Assembly: GCA_005223125.1 (NCBI GenBank)
Contig: NJBH01000032.1
Location: 1 to 45,540, forward strand
Reading direction: 5' to 3'
Length of the DNA stretch: 45,540 bases
Source of the DNA: Promethearchaeota archaeon Loki_b32
GTDB lineage: Archaea; Asgardarchaeota; Lokiarchaeia; Sigyniarchaeales; SOKP01
Each line of letters begins with the position of its first letter. Position 1 is the first letter of the stretch. The notes beneath the pieces were generated by a model, which did not search any database, was not told the origin of the DNA, and saw only the letters and a list, made by a program, of their open reading frames with translations. Positions 9,154 through 19,300 of the stretch are shown here, in pieces. Made by a program: the position numbers and the translations under genes.

Positions 9154-11916
9154 ATGACTGAATCAGATGATAAAGTAGCAGATGATAAAATCAAAGGAAC
9201 AGCTTCTATAGAAAAGCTTAGAAAGGTAAATGCTGCTGCTAATTATTGCTATGAATGTAATCGTTGTGTAAATGTGTGTCCAGTAGCATTTTTAGATATT
9301 TTTAATCCCCGAGAGTTAATTACAGATTTAACGTTTCTGACACCAGAAGAAGCTTTAAAGAATAATGATATATGGAAATGCTTAACATGTGGGCTATGTT
9401 CAATTTACTGTCCAATGACTAAAGATAAAACCGGAGTAAATTTCACTGAAATTATTAAGGATCTCCGCTCTCTTACTTCAGAATACAAACCATTACAAGA
9501 TACATTAATAAATTGTAATCACGAAAGAGTATATTCAAGTTTACCAAAATTAATGGCAGAAGATAAAGTTGAATTTACTAATAAAATAGGATTTTTAGAG
9601 GGAACTGGGTTAAAAACAACTAATAAAGGAGAAATTGGCTACTTTATGGGGTGTATTCCATTCTTAACAGGTGCTGCTCCTTGTGTCGTTGGATGCCCTG
9701 CTGGGGTTGACGTTCAAGGTTATGTATCACTTATTGCAGAAGGTAAATTTCAAGAGTCTATCGATCTAATAAGAGAAACAAATCCATTACCATACTTATG
9801 TGGACGGATTTGTACTGCTCAATGTGCATTAAATTGTAATCGTGAACATTTTGATGATCCAGTTGCTATCCGTGAACTTAAGCGATTTGTTTCCGACTGG
9901 GAAACTGAGCATCCTAATCAAAGTAAAATAAAACCTGTTCCACAGAATAAAGAAAAAGTTGCTATTATTGGGGCAGGGCCTGGGGGGTTATCAGCAGCAT
10001 ACTTTCTTGCGAGAATGGGATATAAACCAACCATATTCGAGAAAGGAGATAAAACCGGTGGAGTCGTAAGATACGGTGTTCCACAATATAGACTTTCTGA
10101 TGAAGCTCTTGACCATGATGTAGATTTTATAAAAAGTATGGGAGTAGAAATTGTTTTAAATAAAGAATTTGGCCCAAATTTCACAATAGAAGATATTTGG
10201 AAGCAAGGTTATAGAACAATCTTTATTGCTGTCGGCTTGTATGTACCAAAAACGCTTAGACTTGAAGGTGAAGATTTACCTAACGTGCATGTAGCAATAG
10301 ACTTTCTTTTAGAGCGAAAATATAAATGTGCGGAAAATCCAGAAGAGTTTAAAGGCAAAACTTTTGGAATTATCGGAGGTGGAGCAGTAGCCGTTGATGC
10401 GGGTGAAACAGCTCTTCGGCTCGGAGCAACCAAGGCTGATCTTGTCGATATTTTGACAGAAGAAGCTTTAAAGAATGTACTTAAGGACTTACATGAAGCT
10501 GAGAGAGAAGTAATGGAATACCATTTTGAGACATCAACAACGAAAATCACTCAAGAACCAGATGGAAAATTAGCATTAAATTGTTATAAAATTGAATGGG
10601 GGGATCCCGATCCTGAAACTGGAAGAAGACCTTTAAATAAAATAGAAGGATCAGATTATAAAATTGTGGTGGATCATATTGTTATAGCGATCGGTCAGGG
10701 ACTTGATCCAGAACCAATTAATGCTGCTACAGATAATCAAATAAAAATTGAAAGAGGTAAAATTGTAGTAGATGATTTAACTTATGAAACAGGTATTCCA
10801 GGGGTTTTTGCGGGTGGTGACATAATTTATAATTCGTTAATGTGTGCTGTCGATGCTATTGGAGATGGGAGAGAAGCCGCATTTACAATTGATCGCTATC
10901 TCAGAGGTCTTGATCTAAAAGAAGGGAGAAGAAGAAAAAACGACTTAAAGCGCTCAACAATCCCGAAAAAATACATTCAAATAAACTCATGCCAAGAAAT
11001 GAATTTCATGCCTGGCAATGAAAGACTTGTATGCTTCGATGAGATGGAATTAGGCTATACTGAGGAACAAGCAAAAAAAGAAGCTAACAGATGTCTAAAT
11101 TGTAATTGTTGCTGTAATTCTGATCAGATTCCAGAAGATTTCGAAAACGCGCTTAATGATTCTGGAATTATGATATGCGATTATGGGAGCCAAGATATTT
11201 GGCCTTCAATAAATGCACCTAATTATTATGAGATCCCCAAAAGTGTAATTGGAATTTTAAATCAAAATGACATAACTCCAGTTGTTTTACCAGAAGAAAA
11301 ATGCTGCGGACATGATAGTCTTTGGCGAGGAGATGTTGACACATTTAAGAAATTAGCGGAATATAATGTAAAATTATTTAAAGATGCAGGAGTCAAAACT
11401 CTAATCTTTAGCTGCGCTGAAGGATATTATACCTGGAAAACTGAATATAAAAAGCTATTTGAAGGCAGTGATGAATTCGATTTTGATATTTATCACATAA
11501 CTGAATATATACTAAAAGAAAACCTATTTGATAGCATAACTTTTTCAAACTTTGATAAAATTAAGGTAACTTATCACGATCCTTGCAGACTTGGGAGAAT
11601 GAGTGATGTTTTTGATGCTCCAAGGGAAGTATTAAAACAAATACCATATTTAGAATTAATTGAAATGGAAGACACTATGCAAGATGCAGAATGTTGTGGA
11701 GTTTCAGCATATGTATCATGCAATCAGGATTCAAAAAAATTACAAGAAAAGAAAATAAATCAGGCTATTGAAACTGGTGCAGAATACTTAATTACAGCAT
11801 GTCCTAAGTGTATAGCTCATCTGAATTGCTATTTAAATGAAAATAAAGAAATAAAAGATAAAATAAAAATAGTTGATCTAGTAAGTTTTCTAGGAAAACT
11901 ACTTTTTTTAGTGTAA
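9154..11916 (+). CDS. HdrD-like (HdrC-type Fe-S plus 2x CCG) protein with an inserted GltD/NfnB-type FAD/NAD(P)H module
   Basis: N-terminal CYECNRCVNVCP and CLTCGLCSIYCP, then GYFMGC. GltD motifs follow (APC...CP, CGRIC...C...CNR, IGAGPGGL, YGVPQYRL, GGGAVAVD, GVFAGGD, EANRCLNC). C-terminal CCG motifs are EKCCG/FSCAEG and YHDPC/ECCG/ACPKC. Confidence 0.85.
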   Translation: MTESDDKVADDKIKGTASIEKLRKVNAAANYCYECNRCVNVCPVAFLDIFNPRELITDLTFLTPEEALKNNDIWKCLTCGLCSIYCPMTKDKTGVNFTEIIKDLRSLTSEYKPLQDTLINCNHERVYSSLPKLMAEDKVEFTNKIGFLEGTGLKTTNKGEIGYFMGCIPFLTGAAPCVVGCPAGVDVQGYVSLIAEGKFQESIDLIRETNPLPYLCGRICTAQCALNCNREHFDDPVAIRELKRFVSDWETEHPNQSKIKPVPQNKEKVAIIGAGPGGLSAAYFLARMGYKPTIFEKGDKTGGVVRYGVPQYRLSDEALDHDVDFIKSMGVEIVLNKEFGPNFTIEDIWKQGYRTIFIAVGLYVPKTLRLEGEDLPNVHVAIDFLLERKYKCAENPEEFKGKTFGIIGGGAVAVDAGETALRLGATKADLVDILTEEALKNVLKDLHEAEREVMEYHFETSTTKITQEPDGKLALNCYKIEWGDPDPETGRRPLNKIEGSDYKIVVDHIVIAIGQGLDPEPINAATDNQIKIERGKIVVDDLTYETGIPGVFAGGDIIYNSLMCAVDAIGDGREAAFTIDRYLRGLDLKEGRRRKNDLKRSTIPKKYIQINSCQEMNFMPGNERLVCFDEMELGYTEEQAKKEANRCLNCNCCCNSDQIPEDFENALNDSGIMICDYGSQDIWPSINAPNYYEIPKSVIGILNQNDITPVVLPEEKCCGHDSLWRGDVDTFKKLAEYNVKLFKDAGVKTLIFSCAEGYYTWKTEYKKLFEGSDEFDFDIYHITEYILKENLFDSITFSNFDKIKVTYHDPCRLGRMSDVFDAPREVLKQIPYLELIEMEDTMQDAECCGVSAYVSCNQDSKKLQEKKINQAIETGAEYLITACPKCIAHLNCYLNENKEIKDKIKIVDLVSFLGKLLFLV

Positions 11917-12084
11917 TTTAGTTTTATTTTCTTTATTTGTAATTTTTTTATTGTTATCATTCTTTATTATAAATCACTTTAATAGCCGTATAATTCTCTG
12001 TAATTAATGTATAACCTTAAAAAGAATAATAACTTACAGAAAAGTTAATGGGTAAATTTCAAATAAACATGAAATTTGATAATT

Positions 12085-13869
12085 ATGAGTGAAAAAGAAA
12101 TAGCGTGGGATTTAAGTAAGATTTTTTCAAGTTGTGATGATCCTAAAATTACGGAAACTATAAATGCTCTTTTGGAAGATGCAGATGATATTATCAAAGA
12201 ATACAAGGGAAAAATTAATATAACCAATTTTACTGCCCAAAATTTACATGATCTTTTAGAAAAACAAGAAAAAATTCTTGCAGATGTAGAAGAAATAAAA
12301 ATATTTTCAGAAAATAAATTCTATGCAAATATGACGCTTCTCGAAACCAAAGCTCTTTATAATAAATTTAAGGATTTTCATAGTTCTATTTTAAAAAAAT
12401 TAGCATTTCTTGAAATAAATATTGGAAAACTTATCGATGAAAATCCACGGTTAATAGATGATGAAACTATTAGTAATTACAAAAATTATCTTGTAAAAAT
12501 TAGGAGGAAATTTCCTTTTAAACTATCAGAGTCAGAAGAAAAGTTAATTCTAGAAAAAGATCAGTATGGTGCAAACGCATGGCAGCAGTTAAAGGAATCT
12601 TGGTTAAGTTCTAGAAAGTTTAAAGTTACTGTGGAAGGGAAAGAGAAAATGGTATCGCTTAGTGAATCAAACTCTCTAAGGTGGCATCCTGATAGAGAAA
12701 CGAGGATATCTGCTACTAAATCAGTTTTTGGTTCAATTGAAAAAGAGATAGAAATATATGCTTCTGCATTACGAAATATTTGCGGTGACTGGGTGAAAAT
12801 TACGAATCATAGAGGTTACAAAAATCCAATTCACCATAGCCTCATTAAAAATGAAATAACTCATGTTATTATAGATAATTTAATGAAGATAGTAGAAGAA
12901 AATGTAAGTATCTATCACAGATTCTTAAAAATAAAAGCTAAACTCTTAAATCTACCAAAATTAAACGGTGTTGATACTTGGGCATACCTCCCTTCTGAGA
13001 AAAAATATACATGGGATGAAACCAAAAAACTTATCCTTCAAATATATGATAACTTTGATAAATCATTTGGGGACATTGTAAGTGATCTTTTCAATAAAAA
13101 TCATATAGATGCTAGTACAAGAGAAGGTAAACTTGGTGCTGGTTACTGTTTTCCTTGGTACAATGGAAAATCTGCTCATATTCTAATATCTTTTAAAGGG
13201 TTATTAAGTGATATTCATACTCTTGCTCATGAATTTGGGCATGCAGCTCATTACTATTTGTCTTCTCAAGAACAGACATTCTTTAATTATATGCCAGGAT
13301 TGGTTATAGATGAGATAGGCGGAATTTTTGGAGAATTATTAATGTATGATGCATTACTTGAAACCATTGATTCTACTAATGAAAAAATAATATTATTAAC
13401 TAATCGATTAAGTACGGAAGGTGGTGCGATTTTTCTCGTAAGTGCTAGTATGTGGTTTGAACAAAATCTTTACGATGCTATTGAAAAGGGGGAATATTTA
13501 GATGGTAACACTATCTCCAAATATTGGTGTGCTGCTAGAGATAAAATATTTGGAGATTCAGTCGAATGGTTTGATGAGATGAAATGGAATTGGGTGGTTG
13601 TACCACATTTCTATTTTCCTCATGATCGCTTCTATAATTACCCCTATGCTTATGCTCAACTTTTTGTTTACGCTTTATATCAAACCTATAAAAAAGAAGG
13701 TGAAAGTTTCGTTCCAAAATTTAAGAAGCTTTTAAGCGCGGGTAGCAACCTATCTCCAGAAGAACTTGGTAAGATCGTAGGTTTGGATATAACTAAACCA
13801 GATTTTTGGAAGCTTGGAATGAAACAATATGAGGAATTCATAGATGAGTTAGAAAAACTCACAAAATAA
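12085..13869 (+). CDS. pepF: Oligoendopeptidase F (peptidase M3B)
   Basis: N-terminal WDLSKIF, HEFGH zinc motif, PHFY..FYNYPYAYAQ. I prefer ATG 12085 over TTG 12076 as start. Confidence 0.9.
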   Translation: MSEKEIAWDLSKIFSSCDDPKITETINALLEDADDIIKEYKGKINITNFTAQNLHDLLEKQEKILADVEEIKIFSENKFYANMTLLETKALYNKFKDFHSSILKKLAFLEINIGKLIDENPRLIDDETISNYKNYLVKIRRKFPFKLSESEEKLILEKDQYGANAWQQLKESWLSSRKFKVTVEGKEKMVSLSESNSLRWHPDRETRISATKSVFGSIEKEIEIYASALRNICGDWVKITNHRGYKNPIHHSLIKNEITHVIIDNLMKIVEENVSIYHRFLKIKAKLLNLPKLNGVDTWAYLPSEKKYTWDETKKLILQIYDNFDKSFGDIVSDLFNKNHIDASTREGKLGAGYCFPWYNGKSAHILISFKGLLSDIHTLAHEFGHAAHYYLSSQEQTFFNYMPGLVIDEIGGIFGELLMYDALLETIDSTNEKIILLTNRLSTEGGAIFLVSASMWFEQNLYDAIEKGEYLDGNTISKYWCAARDKIFGDSVEWFDEMKWNWVVVPHFYFPHDRFYNYPYAYAQLFVYALYQTYKKEGESFVPKFKKLLSAGSNLSPEELGKIVGLDITKPDFWKLGMKQYEEFIDELEKLTK

Positions 13870-14080
13870 CTGTGTTTTAGAATTTTATTTCTTAAAATTA
13901 ATTATTTACAGATTTGTAAGTTTGTCAACATCCATCTACTATTCATTTTCATTAGTATGAGTTCACTTATTTTAAAGAGAGACATTTTTGGAATTAAGAA
14001 GAAACCTAATAAATATTGATACTTTATTTTTTCATAATTATTTTCTATCAAAAAATAACTCTTAAATAATAGTGAAAAAC

Positions 14081-16006
14081 ATGAGTAAAACTAAGGAAAT
14101 ACCTGTTCCTGATAAAATTTTGGGTTTTACACAAGTTAGACTTGATGTAGATCTAACAGATGGAAAGATTAGTAAGTCTAAACTATCTAATGAATTCTGT
14201 CGCGATTGGATTGGTGGTTATGGTTTTGGTGCCAAAGTATTATGGGATGAATGCCCAGCTGGAGTTGATCCCTTAAGCCCAGAGAACGTGTTTGTATATG
14301 CACATGGTCCATTTCCAGGAACTATTCTTCCTACAAGTTCTAAATATGGTGTATTTGCTAAATCTCCATTAACTGGCCAGTTTGGAATGGCCATTTCTTC
14401 TGGATCTGTTGGTGCTCAAGCTCGACGTGCTGGCATCAATATGATAGTATTCAAAGGTAAAGCCCCAGAACCTGTTTATATGGTTGTTGATGACGACGAT
14501 TATTATTTATTTCCATGTAAAGATTCCGTATGGGGTAAAAGTTGTTGGGAAACAGAAGAAATCTTGAGGGAAGAATTTCAAGATCAACGTCTAGGGATAA
14601 TGACTATAGGCCCAGGCGGAGAACGTATGAGTCGTATGGGATGTATCACAAATGATCGCAACAGGCAAGCAGGAAGGACAGGTATGGGGGCTGTAATGGG
14701 ATCAAAAAACCTTAAAGCCGTATGCTTTAGAGGTACTAAGGGAATTAGTGTAGCCCAACCTGTAGAGTTCTTTAAATTAGCGAAAAAATTAATAAAAGTC
14801 GCTAACGGACCTGCTACAGCTAAATATCGCGATTTAGGTACGCCTGCAGGTATAACAAGCTACAACAAGCTTGGAATGATGCCTATTTTTAACCATCGCG
14901 AAGGAACTTGGGATAAAATTGATGATGGGACATTTACAGGTGATATACTCAATCAAGATTGGGTTATAAAGAAAGTTGCATGTTCACAATGCTCAATAGG
15001 GTGTGATCACATTACTAAGGTACCTAAAGATCATCCAAATTGGCCCAATCTATATTCAAGTATAGACCAAGAACTTTGTTATAGTTTTGGAACCGCGTGC
15101 GGTAATTATGATTGGCCATCCGTATTTAAATGCGTATCATTAACAGATGATCTTGGTATTGATGCTATTAGTGGAGGCGCAACTGCTGCTATGGCTTGCG
15201 AATGTTTCGAGGAAGGTATTATCACCAAAGAGGATTTAGGTTATGAATTACCTTTTGGGTCTACAGTTAATCTTGTGAGATTTACCGAAGAAATGATTCT
15301 TGGTAAAGGTTTCGCAGGTAAGATTTTTGGAGATGGAACAAGAGAAGCTGGAAAACGATTAGAGGAAATGGGTAGAAAAAATGCAAGTTATTATGCTATG
15401 CATGTTAAGGGGTTAGAATTACCTGCTTTTGATGTACATGGAATGAGTTCATTTGCCGTTGGAATGAGTGTTTCTATTCGTGGAGCATGTCATTTACGTA
15501 ATGGAGCATATGGATTAGATGCAAAAGGGAAATTTGACCGCTTCGGTTATGATAAACCAGTTGAACGAGGTAAAGCAATTAAAGATTTAGAAGATATCTA
15601 TGCTATAATCGATTCATATATCGTGTGTAAATTTACTCGAGGAATTTATGAAAATGATGCTGAAATGGCAAAAGTCTTTGAGCTTGTGACAGGAATCCCT
15701 GTGACTGATAAATTTATACAACATAGAGGAGAAGCTATATTGAACCTTTCAAAATGTTTTAACATTCGAGAAGGATGGACACGAGATGATGATAAGCCAC
15801 CTGAAAGGTTCTTCAAACAACCACATACAAGAGGGCCTGCTAAAGGTATTGTTTTGAAAGAAGAAGGGTATCAGAAAGTATTAAGTGGTTATTTTGAAGC
15901 TCGAGGCTGGGATACTAAGACAGGAATTCCTACAGATGAAACGTTAAAGTCTCTTGGATTAGATTTTGTAATTGGCAAATTATCACCTGCAGGAGGTAAG
16001 AAATAA
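14081..16006 (+). CDS. aor: Tungsten/molybdenum aldehyde:ferredoxin oxidoreductase
   Basis: KSPLTG, GRTGMGAVMGSKNLKA, CSQCSIGC, DDLGIDAIS, HVKGLELPAFD, RGACHLR, DSYIVCKF, YFEARGWD..GIP. Confidence 0.92.
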   Translation: MSKTKEIPVPDKILGFTQVRLDVDLTDGKISKSKLSNEFCRDWIGGYGFGAKVLWDECPAGVDPLSPENVFVYAHGPFPGTILPTSSKYGVFAKSPLTGQFGMAISSGSVGAQARRAGINMIVFKGKAPEPVYMVVDDDDYYLFPCKDSVWGKSCWETEEILREEFQDQRLGIMTIGPGGERMSRMGCITNDRNRQAGRTGMGAVMGSKNLKAVCFRGTKGISVAQPVEFFKLAKKLIKVANGPATAKYRDLGTPAGITSYNKLGMMPIFNHREGTWDKIDDGTFTGDILNQDWVIKKVACSQCSIGCDHITKVPKDHPNWPNLYSSIDQELCYSFGTACGNYDWPSVFKCVSLTDDLGIDAISGGATAAMACECFEEGIITKEDLGYELPFGSTVNLVRFTEEMILGKGFAGKIFGDGTREAGKRLEEMGRKNASYYAMHVKGLELPAFDVHGMSSFAVGMSVSIRGACHLRNGAYGLDAKGKFDRFGYDKPVERGKAIKDLEDIYAIIDSYIVCKFTRGIYENDAEMAKVFELVTGIPVTDKFIQHRGEAILNLSKCFNIREGWTRDDDKPPERFFKQPHTRGPAKGIVLKEEGYQKVLSGYFEARGWDTKTGIPTDETLKSLGLDFVIGKLSPAGGKK

Positions 16007-16564
16007 ATGTCAAAAGTTGGAACTAAAAAAAGAGGAGGAGTAGTACACCAGTTTATTATCGTTGACCCAAATCTATGTTCGGGATGCGAGACATGTGAAT
16101 CTGTTTGTTCATTCGTCCATGATGGCGAATTTAACCCAATTAATACGCGAATCCATAGAGTAAGAATTGAACCCATTTTGAATGTTGCACTAGCTTGCCA
16201 AAAATGTGATGACGCACCCTGCGTGCGTGCATGTCCAGAAAAAGCTCTTGAACAGAATAAAGAAACAGGTTCAATTATCGTAGATGATGATAAGTGCAAT
16301 GGATGTGCCTTTTGTATACGTGCATGTGACTTTGGAGTTTTAGGTTTACATATACAATCTCAAAAAGCTCTTATTTGCGATTTATGCGAAACAATGAAAG
16401 AAGACTATATCGATCCAGAAAGAGGGGAACCATATCCTGCGTGTATCGATGTATGCCCAAAAGAAGCTATATCGTTGAAAGATGTTGAACAAATTGGTGA
16501 AGAAAAAAGGATTGATGCTGTAAAAAGGCTATTTGGCGAAATCTTAAAAGAAACTGAAGGTTAA
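16007..16564 (+). CDS. Multi-[4Fe-4S] ferredoxin subunit partnering AOR (DmsB/CooF-like)
   Basis: CSGCETCESVC, CQKCDDAPCVRACP, CNGCAFCIRAC, CDLC...PACIDVCP. Starts immediately after the aor stop (TAAATG). Confidence 0.9.
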   Translation: MSKVGTKKRGGVVHQFIIVDPNLCSGCETCESVCSFVHDGEFNPINTRIHRVRIEPILNVALACQKCDDAPCVRACPEKALEQNKETGSIIVDDDKCNGCAFCIRACDFGVLGLHIQSQKALICDLCETMKEDYIDPERGEPYPACIDVCPKEAISLKDVEQIGEEKRIDAVKRLFGEILKETEG

Positions 16565-16758
16565 TTCAATTTTATTATAATTATTTTATTTTAATATTTT
16601 CTTTTTTTGTACTCTGTATAATGAGACCTTTAGATTAATTCATAATTTTCATCTGAGTTTTATTTCATAAATTCATGTGAAAATATCGTATTTTCCTACA
16701 AAAATTTCATAATAATTTAATTTTAATAATATTGACAATTTACAATCACATAATACAT

Positions 16759-16779
16759 TTCTTAGAAATACTCTAAGAA
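16759..16779. promoter_or_regulatory. Palindrome upstream of hdrA (possible operator)
   Basis: TTCTTAGA-AATAC-TCTAAGAA is a perfect 8-bp inverted repeat ending 63 nt before the hdrA start. Confidence 0.3.
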
Positions 16780-16842
16780 GTAAGAGCAAAAATGGTTAAT
16801 TTTTAAGAATTAGGAGGTTAGTATTAACAAAGGTGAACAAAT

Positions 16843-18819
16843 TTGTCTGAAAAACAGACCAATAAAAATGAAAACGAAGATCAACCAAGAATAGGTGTGT
16901 TCGTGTGCCACTGAGGTATTAATATCGCAGGAATCTTAGATATTCCAAAGATAGTCGAAGAGATAGATAAATTAGACAATGTTTGGGCTTATCCATACAT
17001 CTCTCTATGAACTGAAGGTGGATCCACTGAAATCAAAGAGAAACATGAAGAATTTAAGTTTGATAGAGTTGTTGTAGCAGCTTGTACTCCAAAAACACAT
17101 CAGCCTGTTTTCCATGCTATTTTAACAGAGATGGGCTTACCACCACGTTATTTGGAGTTCGTAAACATTCGCGAGCATTGTTCATTTGTACATCAAGCTC
17201 CGGAGGTGCGTGAAAGAGCAACACTGAAAGCCATAGAATTAATCAAAGCGGGGATTTCTAGATCAAGACTATTAGAGGATGTACCAACAAAAACAGTACC
17301 AGTAAAACCAGCGGCTTTAGTTGTTGGTGGAGGAATCGCAGGATTATCAGCAGCAATCGATTTAGGAGATGCGGGTTATAAAGTATATTTAGTGGAGAAG
17401 AATACGACGATTGGTGGTCGTATGTCCCAACTCGATAGAACTTTCCCAACAGACGATTGTTCGATATGAATATTGGGACCAAAAATGCTTGAAGCCAATC
17501 GCCATCCAAACGTAGAAATATTAACCTACAGTGAAGTCATAGAAATAGATGGGTACATCGGTAACTTTAAAGCTAAATTAAGAAGAAAAGCACGCTTTGT
17601 TGATGAGACAAAATGTATTGGTTGTGGTTCTTGTACAGATATATGTCCTGTTTACACGAGTAATTACTTTGATGAACATTTATCTGCGAGAAAAGCTATA
17701 GATATTGCTTTTGCCCAAGCAGTTCCGGCAGTTTCACAACTTAACCGAGACGTTTGTGTTGAATGTTTTGCGTGTGTTGATGCATGTGAACAAGAAGCCA
17801 TAGATTTCAGCCAACGAGATAAAATTATAGAACTTGATATTGGAACGATAATAGTTGCTACTGGTTGGGACCTCTATAAAGGTGATGATTATGGTTATGG
17901 TATTTATGATAACGTAATCAACCAAATAGAATTAGAGAGGATCCTAGCACCTAATGGACCAACTTATGGTCATTTGAAGCGTCCCTCTGACGGTAAACGC
18001 CCTACTAAAGTATTATTTATTAATTGCGTTGGATCCAGAGATATAAATAAAAATGCTCATTGCAGTGTTATCTGTTGTAATCTTTCTCTAAAAAACTCTA
18101 AATTAATCAAGTCAGAATACCCTGATTCGCAAATTGTTTGTTGTTATATTGATATGCGATGTGCTGGGAAAGATTACGAAGAATATTATAGAAGATCTCG
18201 AGATGCGGGAATTATTTTTGTTAAGGGATTGGTCGGAAAAATAGAACAAGATCCGTTAACGAAAAATCTGAAAGTACAATTTGAACCAGTTGGTACTGAT
18301 AGTATAGTTTCTATGGAATTTCACATGGTGGTTACTTCACCAGCATCATTACCATCTCAAGGAACTAACGAAATTGCCAGAGTTCTGAAAATGGAAAAAA
18401 GCCCTGATGGGTTCTTAAAAGAATATCATGCACGACTCGATCCAATTAGTACAAAAGTCCCGGGAATTTATATCTGTGGTTCTGCCCAAGGTCAAAAAGA
18501 GATTGATAAGACAGTAAGCCAAGCTAGAGGAGCAGCATCAGTAGCAGGCATTCCAATGGGAAAAGGTGAATATACTATGGAATTAATCCGAGCTAAACCC
18601 TCAGATGAACGTTGTGCTAAATGCTATAGATGTATAGAGGCCTGTCCATATACAGCAATTTCAGTAAATCCTGAAGGAAATCTTGTTGTTGACCTCATAA
18701 ATTGTCGAGGTTGTGGAGCTTGTGCATCATTATGTCCTTCAAAAGCAATTGAATTAACATACTTTAGAGATGACCAGTATATGGCATTAATAGATGAATT
18801 ATTACCAATTGAGGAATAA
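16843..18819 (+). CDS. hdrA: Heterodisulfide reductase subunit A, selenoprotein with 3 Sec (U24, U56, U209), 658 aa
   Basis: TTG start 6 nt after AGGTGA. One continuous frame reads RIGVFVCH-TGA(16912)-GINIAG, YISL-TGA(17008)-TEGG, VVAACTP, NIREHCSFVH, VGGGIAG, TFPTDDCSI-TGA(17467)-ILGPKM, CVGSRD, CSVICC, then C-terminal ferredoxin motifs. It joins ORF-track pieces 17131-17469 and 17473-18819 to normal HdrA length. Confidence 0.95.
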
Positions 18820-18835
18820 AGAGGTCGAGAAAAAA

Positions 18836-19294
18836 ATGGCAGAAGATAATGATTTAAAAATTATTGTATATGCTTGTTGGAAATGAGGGTATGGTTCAGC
18901 GGATATGGCAGGTACAATTCGTGCACAATACCCGGATTCCATTAGAAATGTCTTAGTACCTTGCGCGGGACGTGTAGGATGTGATCTAATAATGCGGGCA
19001 TTTGGTAGAGGTGCTGATGGCGTAGTAATTAATGCTTGATATCCTAAAGAGTGTGATTATGAAACTGGAAATTACTATGCATATCGTCAAGTCGAATACG
19101 TTAAGGAAATATTAAAAGTTATTGGCATGAGTCCAGAAAGAATCAAAATGATATATTGCACAGCAGCTGAGGGTCAAAAATTTCAAAAGGAAGCTATAGA
19201 AATCGATAAAACTATACGTAAATTGGGACCTAGTCCCTTACGTACAAAAGGCGGCACACCTAAAGAAAAAGCTAAAGCGAAAGCAAAGGCTTAA
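18836..19294 (+). CDS. mvhD: MvhD/VhuD [2Fe-2S] subunit, selenoprotein with 2 Sec (U17, U68), 152 aa; absent from ORF track
   Basis: GAGGT SD, ATG at 18836. Reads MAEDNDLKIIVYACWK-TGA(18884)-GYGSADMAGTIRAQYP...VPCAGRV...GADGVVINA-TGA(19037)-YPKECDYETGN...PERI...AAEG..F...LGPSP. Both TGAs are at MvhD Cys positions. Confidence 0.95.
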
Positions 19295-19300
19295 AAAATA

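Noticed and set aside
16565-16842. A second SECIS upstream of hdrA (also checked 19374-19483)
   Set aside because: No AUGA-stem-GA arrangement found by eye. A computational scan, including inside the coding regions, is still needed.
16843-19294. hdrA and mvhD as pseudogenes or split genes (ORF-track pieces 17131-17469 and 17473-18819)
   Set aside because: All five interruptions are TGA, all lie at Cys columns, there are no frameshifts, lengths are normal and a SECIS follows. Random decay would not give this pattern.
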